Source: Leidyana gryllorum EB-2025a (lineage: Eukaryota; Protista; Apicomplexa). From it: DNA of 64,000 nt. A program made the position numbers and the translations under genes. The notes under the pieces were generated by a model. It was not told where the DNA came from. It made no database searches and was given only the letters and a program-made list of their open reading frames with translations. The stretch's first letter is position 1. Every line of letters begins with the position of its first letter. Shown piece by piece: positions 1 through 11,403 of the stretch. Where the stretch lies: the NCBI GenBank assembly GCA_048772705.1, contig JBLWGC010000104.1, forward strand, positions 1,054,001-1,118,000, given 5' to 3'.

Positions 1-1358
1 CGAGTCTCTGCGCATTGTTTATGTGTGTACCGATGTTGGTCAAGCGATGATTAAGATGCATACGGTATGGATTGGTGGAAATGATCGTTTTCACGCTCCC
101 CTCAGATAACGGCCGACGGTGTCGACCTCTGCTTCGCCTGGGTCAAAGAGTGTAAGCCGTCTTGGGAGGGTTTGAAGGTGGGTGTGGTCGCGTACCGCTT
201 TTTCGATATTGTTTGCCCCGTTTCAGATCATTCAAAGCGGCAGTGGCGACACTGTGTGGGAGAACGGGAAAGTTGCATCCGACTGGGCGAGCCGTGACTC
301 CACTGGCAGCAACAATGCTCTGTCGTTACAATTGGTTCATCCAGCCTCTGAAGGAAGTATTCGAATTAAGAGTGCGGCTGTGAGCAGTAATTCACCAGAC
401 TTGAATGCTACTCTTCGTGGCATCATTGGAAGTCGAGATGATGCCGGAGTTGTCTCACTGGGCTACGAACAATCGGAACAACTCGATATTTTGTACAACT
501 GCGCTGGCGACAAGTCTGGAGTCAAAGCTCATGTGACGTTGAAGATTGTCAACGAGTCTCCAGCAGTCCCTCCTCTCGAGGTTGAGTGGGTTGCCGAGTG
601 CGGGAACGGTGATCTCTCGACCATCAACGCTATGGCTCTCTCTTGCTCTGTCGGAGGGAACCCTGCGGAACTCTTACCCGAGACAAATGCTATCGAGTCG
701 GGAGCCGTCTCCTCAGCTTTCATGTCTGACCCGTATCAAGCAGAGGTGGTTGTCATCACACCCGATGACGACTGCACCAGCATCACCTTTACTTCGGCTG
801 ACGATGAGATTCTGTCGCTCTTCCCCCAGCATCAGGTGAGGGAGGAATTTCAAGTCGGGGCTGGTTGACTTGACATCACGATCTGCAGTTACTATATGAC
901 CACCGTGTGGTGGCAGTCGCGAATAAGGTGGGGACGGTTGAGACAAGTCTGTTGGGTGATGCGGTTCTTCGAATTGCTTACACCTGTATCGACGAGGGAG
1001 CGACTGATATGCACCTGACGGTCCATTTCCGCAATCGGCCTAGTGTTGATTTGCTTTGGAAAAAGGAGTGTCGAGCACCCGTTGTGCAGTAAGTGCTGCC
1101 TTTACAAAGGAAAGAGAGAGACATTGTTTGCAGTCGTGTTTCTGGTATCACGGGGGCGACTTTAGTTGGATGGCTGCTATTCCTCTTCATCGCGACTTTT
1201 ATGGTCTGCTTTATTTCACGATCGTAAGTCATCAATCTCTCACCCTTTCCTAACAGCTTTTCATTGCAGTCGCACAATCACCAAATACTTATGTAAGAGC
1301 GGGCTGTGTATTCATATTTATCCACATCTTATGGGTTTGCAGGTCGACGGTTGCGTGA
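1..1358 (+). CDS. 5'-truncated multi-exon type I membrane protein with at least 3 repeated Cys-containing beta-rich domains
   Basis: The spliced reading gives three copies of LxIxYxC...W(V/K)(K/A)EC: LRIVYVC..AWVKEC, LDILYNC..EWVAEC and LRIAYTC..LWKKEC. A TM segment (GATLVGWLLFLFIATFMVCFI) and a short tail follow, ending at TGA 1356-1358. Several short GT-AG introns. Confidence 0.6.
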
Positions 1359-1475
1359 TCTGTGCTGCTGTATACGGTTCAGATTCTCGGGACGGCAGGT
1401 AGCCGATGAAAGGGGACAGTTTTCCCAATTTGGTGCATCAGTGTAGCAGATTTTTTGCGTTTTTGGTCAGGCACG

Positions 1476-2266
1476 ATGAGTCTCAGCGATTCAGAGAAGA
1501 AACGTCTATGTGCTCACAGAGCTGTGGACCTATTCGTCAAATCTAACACTCTCATTGGTCTCGGCACAGGCACCACGGCCAATCATATTGTCGCCCGCAT
1601 TGCGGAGAAACTCAAGGATGGGTCCCTGACTAATGTCGTTGGAGTTCCTACCAGTGAGGCCACCGCTGCCGAGGCTAGGAAATGTGGTGTTCCGCTGATG
1701 GAACTTATCGAACTTGGCGATCGCCGCTTAGCTGTCACCCTCGATGGCGCTGATGAAGTTGCCATGGGACCCGCAGGCTACGACGTTGTCAAAGGTAAGT
1801 CAGTGGAAGCTGGTTCCAGCTGGCTGCACCGATTAATCTCTCTTCCACAGGACTCGGTGGAGCTCTCTTCCGAGAGAAACTGGTGGCTCTGGAGAGTGAT
1901 CACTACGTCATCATGGCTCTGGAGGACAAATTAAAGGAAGGTTTGGGAGTCTGCAAGATCCCAGCCGAGGTACTTCCATTCGGATGGTCTCGCACTGCTG
2001 AGCGGATTAAGAACCATCCCCTTCTGAAGAAGCATGTGACGTCGGTGGAACTGAGACGCAACGCTGATGGAAGTCCCTTTGAGACTGACAATAAGAACTA
2101 TAACTTGCTCATCAAAATTGGAGGCAACGGAATGATCCCTGCTGACGAGGTTGAAGCGTTCGCCACAGCATTGAAGAGCATCACTGGTGTCCTTGAACAC
2201 GGATTGTTCATCAACCTCAACCCTTCAATTTGTGTTGGCCACACCGAGGTCAAGAAACGCAAGTAG
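1476..2266 (+). CDS. rpiA: Ribose-5-phosphate isomerase A (intron 1795-1850)
   Basis: Motifs IGLGTGTT and DGADEV; splicing restores KGLGGALFREK; also ETDNKNYNL and ITGVLEHGLF. Confidence 0.95.
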
Positions 2267-2552
2267 AGTTTGTGGTACTCATCCGAGACAACAGATCGAG
2301 TCACCAGACCACTCACTAGCTATCCTTGTTGACCATCATTGGGCTGTCACCATACACTAGACACTTAGCAGAGCTCCCCCTTCTGAGCCTCAGAGGCGTC
2401 AGCATTGTCTGCCCCTCCCTTCAGTGGGTGTTCTCAGCATTGAGAGAATGTTAAAACACAGATCCCTTCATTTCATCTAGTTACAGTTCTACTTATCTAT
2501 GGTCACCATAGCAACAAACAGCACTGAGCCGTTGGAGACGAACTCAATGCGC

Positions 2553-4062
2553 CTATTCATTGAGTGTGCCGGATTGAGCATTGAATTCCGAGTCGAAGAG
2601 ATGTTGCGCTAACTCAGCCAGGTGGTTTTCATCTTCAGCCAAGCAGAGGGTAGGAAACCAGCCCATCCGGTGACTCCGAATGACTTTGTCAGTGATATTC
2701 GGAACCATTTCGTCGGGGTAGCACTCCCTGCGTCCCAAACAATAGCCGTACAGCGAGTTGTGTTCGGACTGGATGACCTGCACATATGAAGAGGAATCAA
2801 GAGAATCCTACTGCATGGTACCACCCACCTGTACTTTGTCGCCGGCTTTCAGGGGAAGATAAAGAGTGATGTCAAGCGGGCCGGCTTCATCCTCAAGCCT
2901 TTCCTCAGGATCAGCCTTCGGATCCGGTTCGAATGGGAAGTGCGCTGGCAGTGTATCCACCACCTGATAGGTAGCAATTCTAGGCTCTTCCGGAACATCA
3001 TTGAGCGCGTCGTTTGCCTCGTCATCAGGAACACTCTCGGCCTTGTCCGACAAGGAGACTATGTCGGTGACCACGGGCCCTTCGGATGGAAGGAAGTATC
3101 GCGCATGGATGCGCTTTAACAGGTCGGATATCTTGGTCTCGAATTCGTTGTCCTCGCTTTTTGGGGGGTGTGCAGGCTTTTTGACACTCCCGAATAGCTT
3201 TCCCTTCGATGTTAACACTGGACAAACCGGTACATGCAAAGTGAGTTTGGACTTTGGTCCGGTCCAGCTACAGTTCCGGCCATAGCAAACGACGGGCAAG
3301 CAGTTGATGACGCCCTCCAACTCAGAAATGGGGTACTCTTTGCCGAGTTTCATGACAGGTACTAAGTCAGCTGGTCCAGCTATGAATGTGCGGCAGGCTG
3401 CAAGATCACTGAACCGATCTCCGGATTAACAGCCACGATTCAAACCCACAGCGTACCATTGGAATGGATATCGATTCCGAGCACAGCCGCTCCCAATACA
3501 ATGGCCGCATTTCAACATACAAATATCAATCATCAACTTGTTACAGTGCTGGCATAGGTATGGCCAAAGAAAGTGAGCCACGGTTTGTGCGGGACAGAGA
3601 GAAAGGGGAAGGGGGGATGGACATGTGAACCACTGATCTCAGTCTACTTACTGAGCATCTCAGACTCGGTACTTCTGCCTGAATATGTCGCGTTTTCAGA
3701 TTCTGATTGATGAGTTTCTTCACTTCTTCCGCCTCTTTCTCAGTCAAGCAACTCTTTTCGAGGCTTGGCTTCTGGGCTTGTATGACTGATGTACGAGGAG
3801 CCGCTCTCGGTCGCGTTAATCGCAGATATGTTATGCTGGTGTTGGAAGCTTTGGCGACCTGGAACTCATCTGGTGGCAGCCGCCTCGCCCACGCGCTCAG
3901 GTTGGCATCCCCAGTAGAGAGATAATCCAGCTTCTCCCCAAAGGTGTCGCTCCATAATCTGGGCAGCTCAGAGAGAGCAGGATTGGGGTGAATGTACAGT
4001 AGTCTCCGCACTTTTTGGATCACTTCGGAGGACTGGGGGCGCAAGAGGGGAAAAGAACTCAT
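2553..4062 (-). CDS. Multi-exon protein: LOTUS/OST-HTH-like, RING-like, TRAF-type Zn finger and SH3-like domains (putative E3 ligase/adaptor)
   Basis: N-terminal VRRLL..ALSELPRLWSDTFGEKLDY...LSAW (LOTUS-like); spliced CQHC..LKCGHC..C..CDLAAC (RING-like); LPVVCYGRNCSWTGPKSKLTLHVPVCP (TRAF-Zn); AHFPFEP..LPLKAGDKVQV..YGYC..MGWFP (SH3-like). Confidence 0.6.
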
Positions 4063-4339
4063 CTTCTGAGCTCGCGATATTTACGAGACTTAGTCTCAAT
4101 TGTACATACGTTGATCTAACTAACACACCCACATTAGATAACTCCCACTCAGCAGGAGACATAACAACGACAGCATCTCGTAAAAAAACCATCACTTCAT
4201 TCAGAGTCTTTTGCCTTCAAACTTGATTAATCTCATCCACATCTACTCGCGTGACGTATTTGGCTCTCTGCAACTGGGCAGGATATCGCTTAAGGTTTAT
4301 TGGCGAAGCATCCAATCGCAGGAGCCTACATCAATAATG

Positions 4340-5450
4340 ACACTTGGTTGATCACGTCCTGCTGGTTTCCGAGGTTGAGGCGTTTCATGACCAAGTTACA
4401 TCCCAAATACACAGTTGTTGGCCACATCTACTGGGCAGAGGACCGCTGGTCAGTTGTCAGCGTGAACTTCAATCGATGTGAGCCTATAATGACGCTCGGT
4501 TGATCGCGCCCTTGATTCCAATAATATCTCGGGGCGTTTCATGACCGAAGCTACATTCCATCCTGCATGCCGTCTCCAATGATGATACAACACGAATGCC
4601 AGAACCCTGATGGGCTTCAATTCCAATTTGCTTTCTGACAAACATTTGCTTCCACCACTGCTTCATTACAGTGATTTGATAATGTGCCTTTGGCCGCTTC
4701 CACTGGGCAGAGAACCGCTGTAAAGACGTCAGTGAGAGTCTCAATCGAAGTGTGCCGATACCAATCATCCGGTTGATCGCGTCCCTGACTGTGGCAGTGT
4801 CTCGGGACGTTTCATGACCGCTATAACATACCCCACAAATAACGTTGGCGACAGCTCACTCGCTATATGAACATTCCAAATGTAAAACTCTTCTTCCAGC
4901 CCACATACAATCCGTGTGATGAGCAATCAGTATACTTTCTCGAAACGTATCAAACATCTTCACCGAGATATTTGCAGTTGGTTGGCAAAGGGCTTGACCA
5001 TACATCGTCTACTCGAACTCCTCCCTCGCCGGGGAGTCTGTGCGAGCTAGGGCCGGGAGCAACTGCTCTGGGCAAGTTGCTTTGCCGAGTCTCCTGGCGC
5101 TCGGTTGATAGCGCCCTTGATTCCGATAATACCTCGAGGCGTTTCATGACCGAAGCTAAATTCCATTGTGCATGTCGTCTGTCCAATGATGATACAACTC
5201 GAATGCCAGAACCCTGATGGGCTTCAATTCCAATTTGCTTTCTGACAAACATTTGATCTCACCGATACTTTCATCTAAATGACTCCATCATGTGTGTTTG
5301 GCCGCTTCTACTGGGCACTGAACCGCTGTAAAGATGTCAGTGAGAGTCTCAATTGAAGTGTGCCGATACCAATCATCCGGTTGATCGCGTCCCTGACTGT
5401 GGCAGTGTCTCGGGACGTTTCATGACGGCTATAACATACTCCTCTAATAC
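4340..5450 (-). repeat. Degenerate duplicated repeats encoding CxxC-x3-H zinc-knuckle-like units; probable pseudogene or retroelement relic
   Basis: About 340 bp duplicated at 4496-4835 and 5101-5443. The core CGTTTCATGAC occurs at 4381, 4535, 4808, 5140 and 5416. The minus strand reads ICGVCYSGHETSRD and CRMECSFGHETPRD, with stops and frameshifts. Confidence 0.6.
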
Positions 5451-6611
5451 AATCTAAGAGCTCGCTCACAATATTAACATCGCGAAGTGTCACAGCTCAG
5501 CTCCCAGCCCACATGCAGTGTCACGTGATGAATAACCGCTACATCCACCCAAAACGTCTCGATAATATCCAGAAAGGTATGTTCGATTGGTTGACCGAGC
5601 TGCGTTAGATCCCGTTGACATCGAAGCCCTCCTGGTAACGAATCGTCTCTCTGCTCCGTCTTCCGTCGCATCGGCTCGCTAATGGTGGCGTCAATGGGAG
5701 GAAACGCGGAATCAACCCAATCTGCGCATTCTTCCCGTGTCAGGCTCGACTTTATGCCGTAGTCAACTGGCTTACTTTGTTCCCCAAACTCGCATATAAT
5801 GTTGGGACCAACCCTGAGGAGAAGATGAAGGCCGTTCAGTCCCTTCGATCGGCGACCACTCGAATGTGCTTAGGCTATAAACACTGACGGTGGGGGGGGC
5901 CAACAGAGCGAGGGGGCCTCTCGTGAAACGAGACTCCGGACCGACCACGAACAGGCCATTTGCACTGTAGAGAGACTGATGCCGATGACAAAGCTGACAA
6001 AGCTGTAGTCAATGCCCACTCACTAAGTCACTGAGCCGTGATCCATCGACCTGTGACGGTCCGAGTGCGGTCTCGGGCCCCTACCACCCAGTGACTCCGT
6101 TCCTCTGTTTCCCTCTTCGCTGCGGAGGGACTGGATGTCACGAGAGATAATCCGTTGAGGCAGCTTTGGTCCGAGAAACGGGGCTTGTAACATGAGGTCG
6201 TTACCATACGGACGATTGGGCAACCGCGAACGCGGACTGACGACCTCACACGGGGATTGGCTCTGGGAAGGTGCCTGTCTCACCATACCGTCTGAGCACA
6301 ACAGCCGTGACGCTTCGGCAACGCTTAGTTAGACAGAGACAGGGAAGGAGGCCGTCTCTTGAGATGCTAAGGAAGAAGAGAAAAACCTCCAGAAACTAGA
6401 GGAATGAACTAACTGACAGAAAGGTACCGTACCCAACCTTCAGAACTGTGAAATAAGGGATGGCTCAAACCAAAAAGACTGTGCTCTAAACGATCACTGG
6501 AAGACCTCCAATCACCCGAGTCGGCGGGGAGCACTGTGACTTCCACAAGGAGCACGCAAACTTTCAGGGTTAGTCCCCTCAACACAGAAACCCGAAACCC
6601 AATTATAAGTA

Positions 6612-6796
6612 AGTGAGGGTGTTTACCCTCTATATCAGGACACTGAAACCCCGAACGGCGGAACCGACAATAATTAGTTAGTGAGGGTGTTTACCCTCAA
6701 CTTCTGAAGGCTTGGGATTTCTTCCTGTCTCTTCGTGGTAGGCACATAATCAGGATCAGGAAGGTAGTAGGACATCCAGTGAGGGTAAACACCCTC
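6612..6796. repeat. Three copies of the 16-bp palindromic site GAGGGT-N4-ACCCTC
   Basis: GAGGGTGTTTACCCTC at 6615-6630 and 6683-6698; its reverse complement GAGGGTAAACACCCTC at 6781-6796. Each is preceded by AGT. Confidence 0.8.
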
Positions 6797-7367
6797 TCTT
6801 ATCCTCACCTGAGCTCTACCTGCAGAACCTAAATTTCAGCACGTTGGCAGACAAACGCCGGAGACGGCGCACTCGGGATCTGTAGTTTGTGGAGAGCGTC
6901 CATCCTGGCGGCCCAGTGTACTTCCAGAATGGAGCAAATAAAGCCTCAGTCCATGAAGGGATTGGTTAGTTAGGGGACCTAAGACAGTTTTTACGCTACA
7001 CTTGAGGCGGCTATGCGACGATAGAGCTGAATTTGATTCAGGCGCGCGGTCCGTGGACGGGTGTGACTCAGCAGTCCTTTGAGTATCGTATACTATCCGA
7101 GTCGCCTTGGATGACTGCCGAGCTGGTGAGCGTGGGGACGACGACACCATGACCGACATCTCAACCATACACAAACTGCCGAGCCAAGTCAGAAGTAACA
7201 AAGGGGGGATGACATGGAGTTCCAAGAAGTGCGCGAGGTGTGCCAAGAATAGTATTTGGGCTTGGTTTGAAGTATTTGGGTCATGTTCTGTCTTGGTGTC
7301 TCTTCATTTAAATTGAACAATTTTTCTTATCGTCACAACTTCTTTAGTTCTCCCTACTTTCGCAATC

Positions 7368-8483
7368 ATGGTAAGAGAAAGTGTTTAAGCTGCCTTGAAA
7401 TGTCTGCTTCAGCCGGCTAACTTCCCTCAGGACATCGCCAAGGAGCTCTCCGAGACCGCTCGCGCCATTGCCACCCCCGGCAAGGGAATTTTGGCCGCCG
7501 ACGAGTCCACTGGTACCATCAAGAAGCGCTTCGACAGCATCAACGTTGAGAACACCGAGGCCAACCGCGCTGCTTACCGCAAGCTCCTTTTCAGCACCAA
7601 GGACATCGGTCAGTACATCTCTGGTGCCATCCTTTTCGAGGAGACTCTCTTCCAAGAGGTCGACGGCAAGAAGCAGACCGACTTCCTCAAGGAAGCTGGT
7701 ATCATCCCTGGCATCAAGGTCGACAAGGGACTCGTTGTTCTGCCCGGTACTGATAGCGAGAAGTCCACCCAGGGTCTGGACGGCCTCGCCGAGAGATGCC
7801 AGAAGTACTACGCTGCTGGTGCTCGCTTCGCCAAGTGGCGTGCTGTCCTTGAAATTGACGAGGCCAAGAACAAGCCTTCTCAACTCTCCATCCAGGAGAC
7901 CGCCCACTCTTTGGCTCGTTATGCTGCCATCTGCCAGCAGAACCGTCTCGTGCCCATCGTTGAGCCCGAGATCCTCACCGACGGTGCTCACTCCATCCAG
8001 CACTGCGCCAAGGTGACTGAGCAAGTTCTTGCTGCTGTCTTCAAGGCTTTGAACGACCACAATGTGCTGCTCGAGGGTGCTCTCCTTAAGCCCAACATGG
8101 TTACCCCTGGTGCTCAGCACGAGAAGAAGGCCACCCCCGAGGAGGTCGCCTTTTACACTGTGCGTACCCTGAGCCGCACTGTTCCCCCCTCGTTGGTCGG
8201 TGTGACCTTCCTTTCCGGCGGACAATCTGAGGAGGAGGCTTCCCTCAACCTCAACGCCATGAACGCTATGGAGCAGAAGCACCCATGGGCTCTCACCTTC
8301 TCCTACGGCCGTGCTCTCCAGGCTTCCGTCCTCGCCGCCTGGAAGGGCAAGGCTGAGAACTTCGCCGCCGGCCAGGAGGCTCTTACTGCTCGTGCCAAGG
8401 CCAACTCTGAGGCTCAGCTCGGCAAGTACAAGGGTGGTGTTGCCTCTGCCGGTAGCCTCTACGAGAAGGGCTACGTTTATTGA
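7368..8483 (+). CDS. ALDO: Fructose-bisphosphate aldolase class I (first exon is ATG only; intron 7371-7412)
   Basis: [54 protein letters not shown] and C-terminal YEKGYVY. Junction ATG|gtaaga...ttcag|CCG. Confidence 0.97.
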
Positions 8484-8618
8484 GAACAGTCCTTGTTTTT
8501 CCTGTTGTGAATGCGTTTGACATTTCACTCCACGAACCCCACGAACATTTACTATTATGACTTATAAGAATGGTCTTTCCAGTTCAAATGTCTCATGTCC
8601 AACGGTAGTCGGTCTTGA

Positions 8619-9596
8619 TCAATGCACCTTCTCGTTCAGCGTAGTGAGCACGTCGAGAGGATCGTCTACGCTACTCTCTAAAGGATCAGTGATCCGTGGG
8701 ACAGATGGAGCAGAAGATGATAATTCCGAAGGCTGTCTGGGACTTGTGCGGTTTGGAGTGGATCCGATTAGTGTGGCTGTAAGAGCTCCTGCGACTTCAA
8801 CTAGTGACACTGTGGTGACAACATTTGGGTCTGTGGTGACAACATTTGGGTCCGTGCCTTTCATGTGTGGTGAGGAGGATTCGCTTTTGACTCTATTCTC
8901 TGTCTTCACGTGGTCAGCTGAGTTGCTACCGAGCTCTGCAAGCTGATGTCCCCCGGTACAATCGGGCTGTTTGGCTTCTGGAGATTTGGGGAAGTCTCCT
9001 CCGTCTAAGCGTCGCCTTTTTGCCTGGGGCTGGTTGGAACCAAACACCTCCTCTCGGCGGTCTGCGGGGCAAGAATCTAAAACTGGAGCTTCTGGGCATG
9101 TCTGCGGGGGAAAATAATGACGACAAAATCCGTTGATCTCTTCGATGGTGGCGGTCATATTGTTTATGATGGCGTCTGCGACGCTCAGCCGCGGATCATC
9201 GGCTCCATGCACGAGCTCGCGCCCCTCACAGGTCATTGTGTCCTTGGTCGCGAGCACTTGAAGATGCTCTATTTGGTTCTCAAGAGTACACGATAGGTTC
9301 CAGAGAGCCACAGTGCCTGCATAGAGACACGCTACGGCAGACAAAAACTGGCTATAAGGTTGGGCAGGCTGGTCAATCAAAGTCTTGACCGTGGATTGGA
9401 TAAGCTGTTCAGAAAAGGGTTCCGAGCTGTCATTCTGACAACGACACAGAACCTGTGCGCATACGCGAGCCTGACTATTGAGCAGGCAATGCAGGTTCTC
9501 GAGATCATAGACTGAGAAGTGTTCAGCCGTATTAGTGTTTGACATCGTTGGTTGAAGCTTATTCGTCTGTCGCAGCGCGCTCCGAGCGTGTTGCAT
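8619..9596 (-). CDS. Hypothetical protein: helical N-half, low-complexity C-half, NLS-like AKRRRL
   Basis: 325-aa ORF; the start may be at MSNTN. Contains a 21-bp tandem duplication (DPNVVTT x2) near 8811-8852. Confidence 0.6.
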   Translation of the reverse strand: MQHARSALRQTNKLQPTMSNTNTAEHFSVYDLENLHCLLNSQARVCAQVLCRCQNDSSEPFSEQLIQSTVKTLIDQPAQPYSQFLSAVACLYAGTVALWNLSCTLENQIEHLQVLATKDTMTCEGRELVHGADDPRLSVADAIINNMTATIEEINGFCRHYFPPQTCPEAPVLDSCPADRREEVFGSNQPQAKRRRLDGGDFPKSPEAKQPDCTGGHQLAELGSNSADHVKTENRVKSESSSPHMKGTDPNVVTTDPNVVTTVSLVEVAGALTATLIGSTPNRTSPRQPSELSSSAPSVPRITDPLESSVDDPLDVLTTLNEKVH

Positions 9597-9747
9597 GAAT
9601 AATGAAAACCTTCACACTTAGATAGCAATGTCGTAAGTCAAGAAAATGCTTGAGTACCTTTTACCAAAAAGGGTACATACACCTCAATCAAACTGCCAAA
9701 GAGAGGATAGGTAAATCGAAGGTCGCGACTATAATTATATTTGTGAT

Positions 9748-11403
9748 TTAGTTCTCGAGCTCGAAGTGGAGTCTCTTGGGACGGTCAGATACTCGGATGT
9801 AGAGTTGACCTCTCTCGCAGCATGAGCATTGCGGTCTACCGCGGCACTCGCACTTGTCGCTGCAGGAGGGCTTCTTGGGCGGCTGGACACATTCAAGGGC
9901 ACCACCCTCGGTAGAGTCCTTGGGATGACATTCGACGTCATCTTCTTTCTCCTCAGTCGTTGTACGATCCAGCATCACCCCAGTGGTGGTGTCCTTGCTG
10001 GGCGCTTCGGTCGGCACCTCAGAGGGCCTGACGGGAGCGTCAGTGTTAGGAGGCACCACTGGGGAGGTGGCAGGCTTGGTCAGGGCATCGTCAGTTCCCA
10101 CAGGGGCTGCGGTACCCGGCTCTTCAGGACCTTCAGTCGCTGGGGCGGGGGTCGGAGCAGGAGTTGGCGCAGGTGCGGGGGCCTCGGTCGCTGCCGGGGT
10201 AGGAGCAGGCGTTGGCGCGGGTGTGGGGGCATTGGTCGCTATCGTTGCCTCAGTCGGAACAGGAGTAGTGGTGGGCGCCGGAGTTGGGGCCGGAGTTGTG
10301 GTCGGGGCCGGAGTTGTGGCTGGAGTGGTAGTCGGGGCCGGAGTGGTAGTCGGGGCCGGAGTCGTTGTGGGAGTGGTAGTGGTAGTCGTAGGAGTGGTGG
10401 TAGGAGTGGTCGTGGGAGCCGGAGTTGTAGTCGTTGCGCGGGTGGTCGTGGTAGTAGTGGTGACCGTGGTGGTCGTGGCCTTGGTGGTGGTTGTAGGAGC
10501 CAAGGTGGTCAAAGGCGTGAAGGGCGAGCAGGTGTCTACTGGCGTGCAGTACTTCCACCCAGCAATGTGCATGTCACTCTCCCAGACACAGCGCAGATCA
10601 CCTCCACCGCAAGGCATACACCGGTAGTGGTTAGTCGAACACTCGTGGGGGAGTCCGTAGTTACAGTATTGCGCGTTCATGTTTGGAGAGGGGTATACAG
10701 ATGTTTTGATGGTGAGCGCCATTTCAACCATCTTCTTGTTCTTGAGCAGACAGCGTCCTACCTTTTCGGAGCCGGTCGATGCGTACAATTCTGAGACCCA
10801 AGCCCAGTTGACGCAATCGTCGTTCAACTGACAGTGGAGTTGACATTGAGCAGGAGTGTCGACAATGAGGGTCTGATCAATGGAGGCGAGATTGACCTCC
10901 TGAGAGTATCCGTAGATCCACTTCTCGAAACAGTCGCCATCGACGACAGTGCGACCATTATGGGCATACCAGTGACTGTAGGTACATTTAGATGCCCATG
11001 CAGAGTTTGATTCCGGCTTCTTGCCTGAAGCCATCAATGCGTCACATTCATCCATACAGTAAGCATTTGTTTGGGCCTCGGACAAGGATACGACTTTCTT
11101 GCAGTAGTCATTGTCAACTTGTGGCAAGTTCTCGTTCGGATCCGGGCCTGGGGCCGCATTCAGTAGAGCTTCGGATTCCTTCACACAGCTCGCGCTCGAA
11201 ACTTGATTCTTGATGTCCCATGAGTCACAGCAAGCAGCGATAGATGCGTGACATGAGAACCATCTTCCAGACGATACACATTGGCTTCCTCTGAGATCTT
11301 CACATTCCCCACACATTTTGGGGCCCGGCATGAGGGGAGCAATACAAGTGGCATTCGCCAGGCCAACCAATCCGATCACAAAAAAGGGAGTGATGCGACT
11401 CAT
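9748..11403 (-). CDS. Secreted PAN/apple-domain mucin-like adhesin (paralogue 1)
   Basis: Signal peptide; Cys-rich N-terminus; apple motif TPAQCQLHCQLNDDCVNWAW...CLLK; Thr/Pro stalk of PTTTPA repeats; Cys-rich C-terminal tail. Confidence 0.85.
   Translation of the reverse strand: MSRITPFFVIGLVGLANATCIAPLMPGPKMCGECEDLRGSQCVSSGRWFSCHASIAACCDSWDIKNQVSSASCVKESEALLNAAPGPDPNENLPQVDNDYCKKVVSLSEAQTNAYCMDECDALMASGKKPESNSAWASKCTYSHWYAHNGRTVVDGDCFEKWIYGYSQEVNLASIDQTLIVDTPAQCQLHCQLNDDCVNWAWVSELYASTGSEKVGRCLLKNKKMVEMALTIKTSVYPSPNMNAQYCNYGLPHECSTNHYRCMPCGGGDLRCVWESDMHIAGWKYCTPVDTCSPFTPLTTLAPTTTTKATTTTVTTTTTTTRATTTTPAPTTTPTTTPTTTTTTPTTTPAPTTTPAPTTTPATTPAPTTTPAPTPAPTTTPVPTEATIATNAPTPAPTPAPTPAATEAPAPAPTPAPTPAPATEGPEEPGTAAPVGTDDALTKPATSPVVPPNTDAPVRPSEVPTEAPSKDTTTGVMLDRTTTEEKEDDVECHPKDSTEGGALECVQPPKKPSCSDKCECRGRPQCSCCERGQLYIRVSDRPKRLHFELEN

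Noticed and set aside
6560-6655. Telomere-like AAACCCGAAACCC / TTTCAGGGTTAG
   Set aside because: At most two imperfect units; not a tandem telomeric tract.
6612-6796. Palindromic repeats as a CRISPR array
   Set aside because: Only three 16-bp units, unequal spacers (52 and 82 bp), one inverted, no cas genes, eukaryotic context.
7344-8528. 394-aa antisense ORF over aldolase (likewise antisense ORFs over the enolases, GAPDH and pepN)
   Set aside because: Expected shadow of strong codon bias in highly expressed genes; no protein-like motifs.
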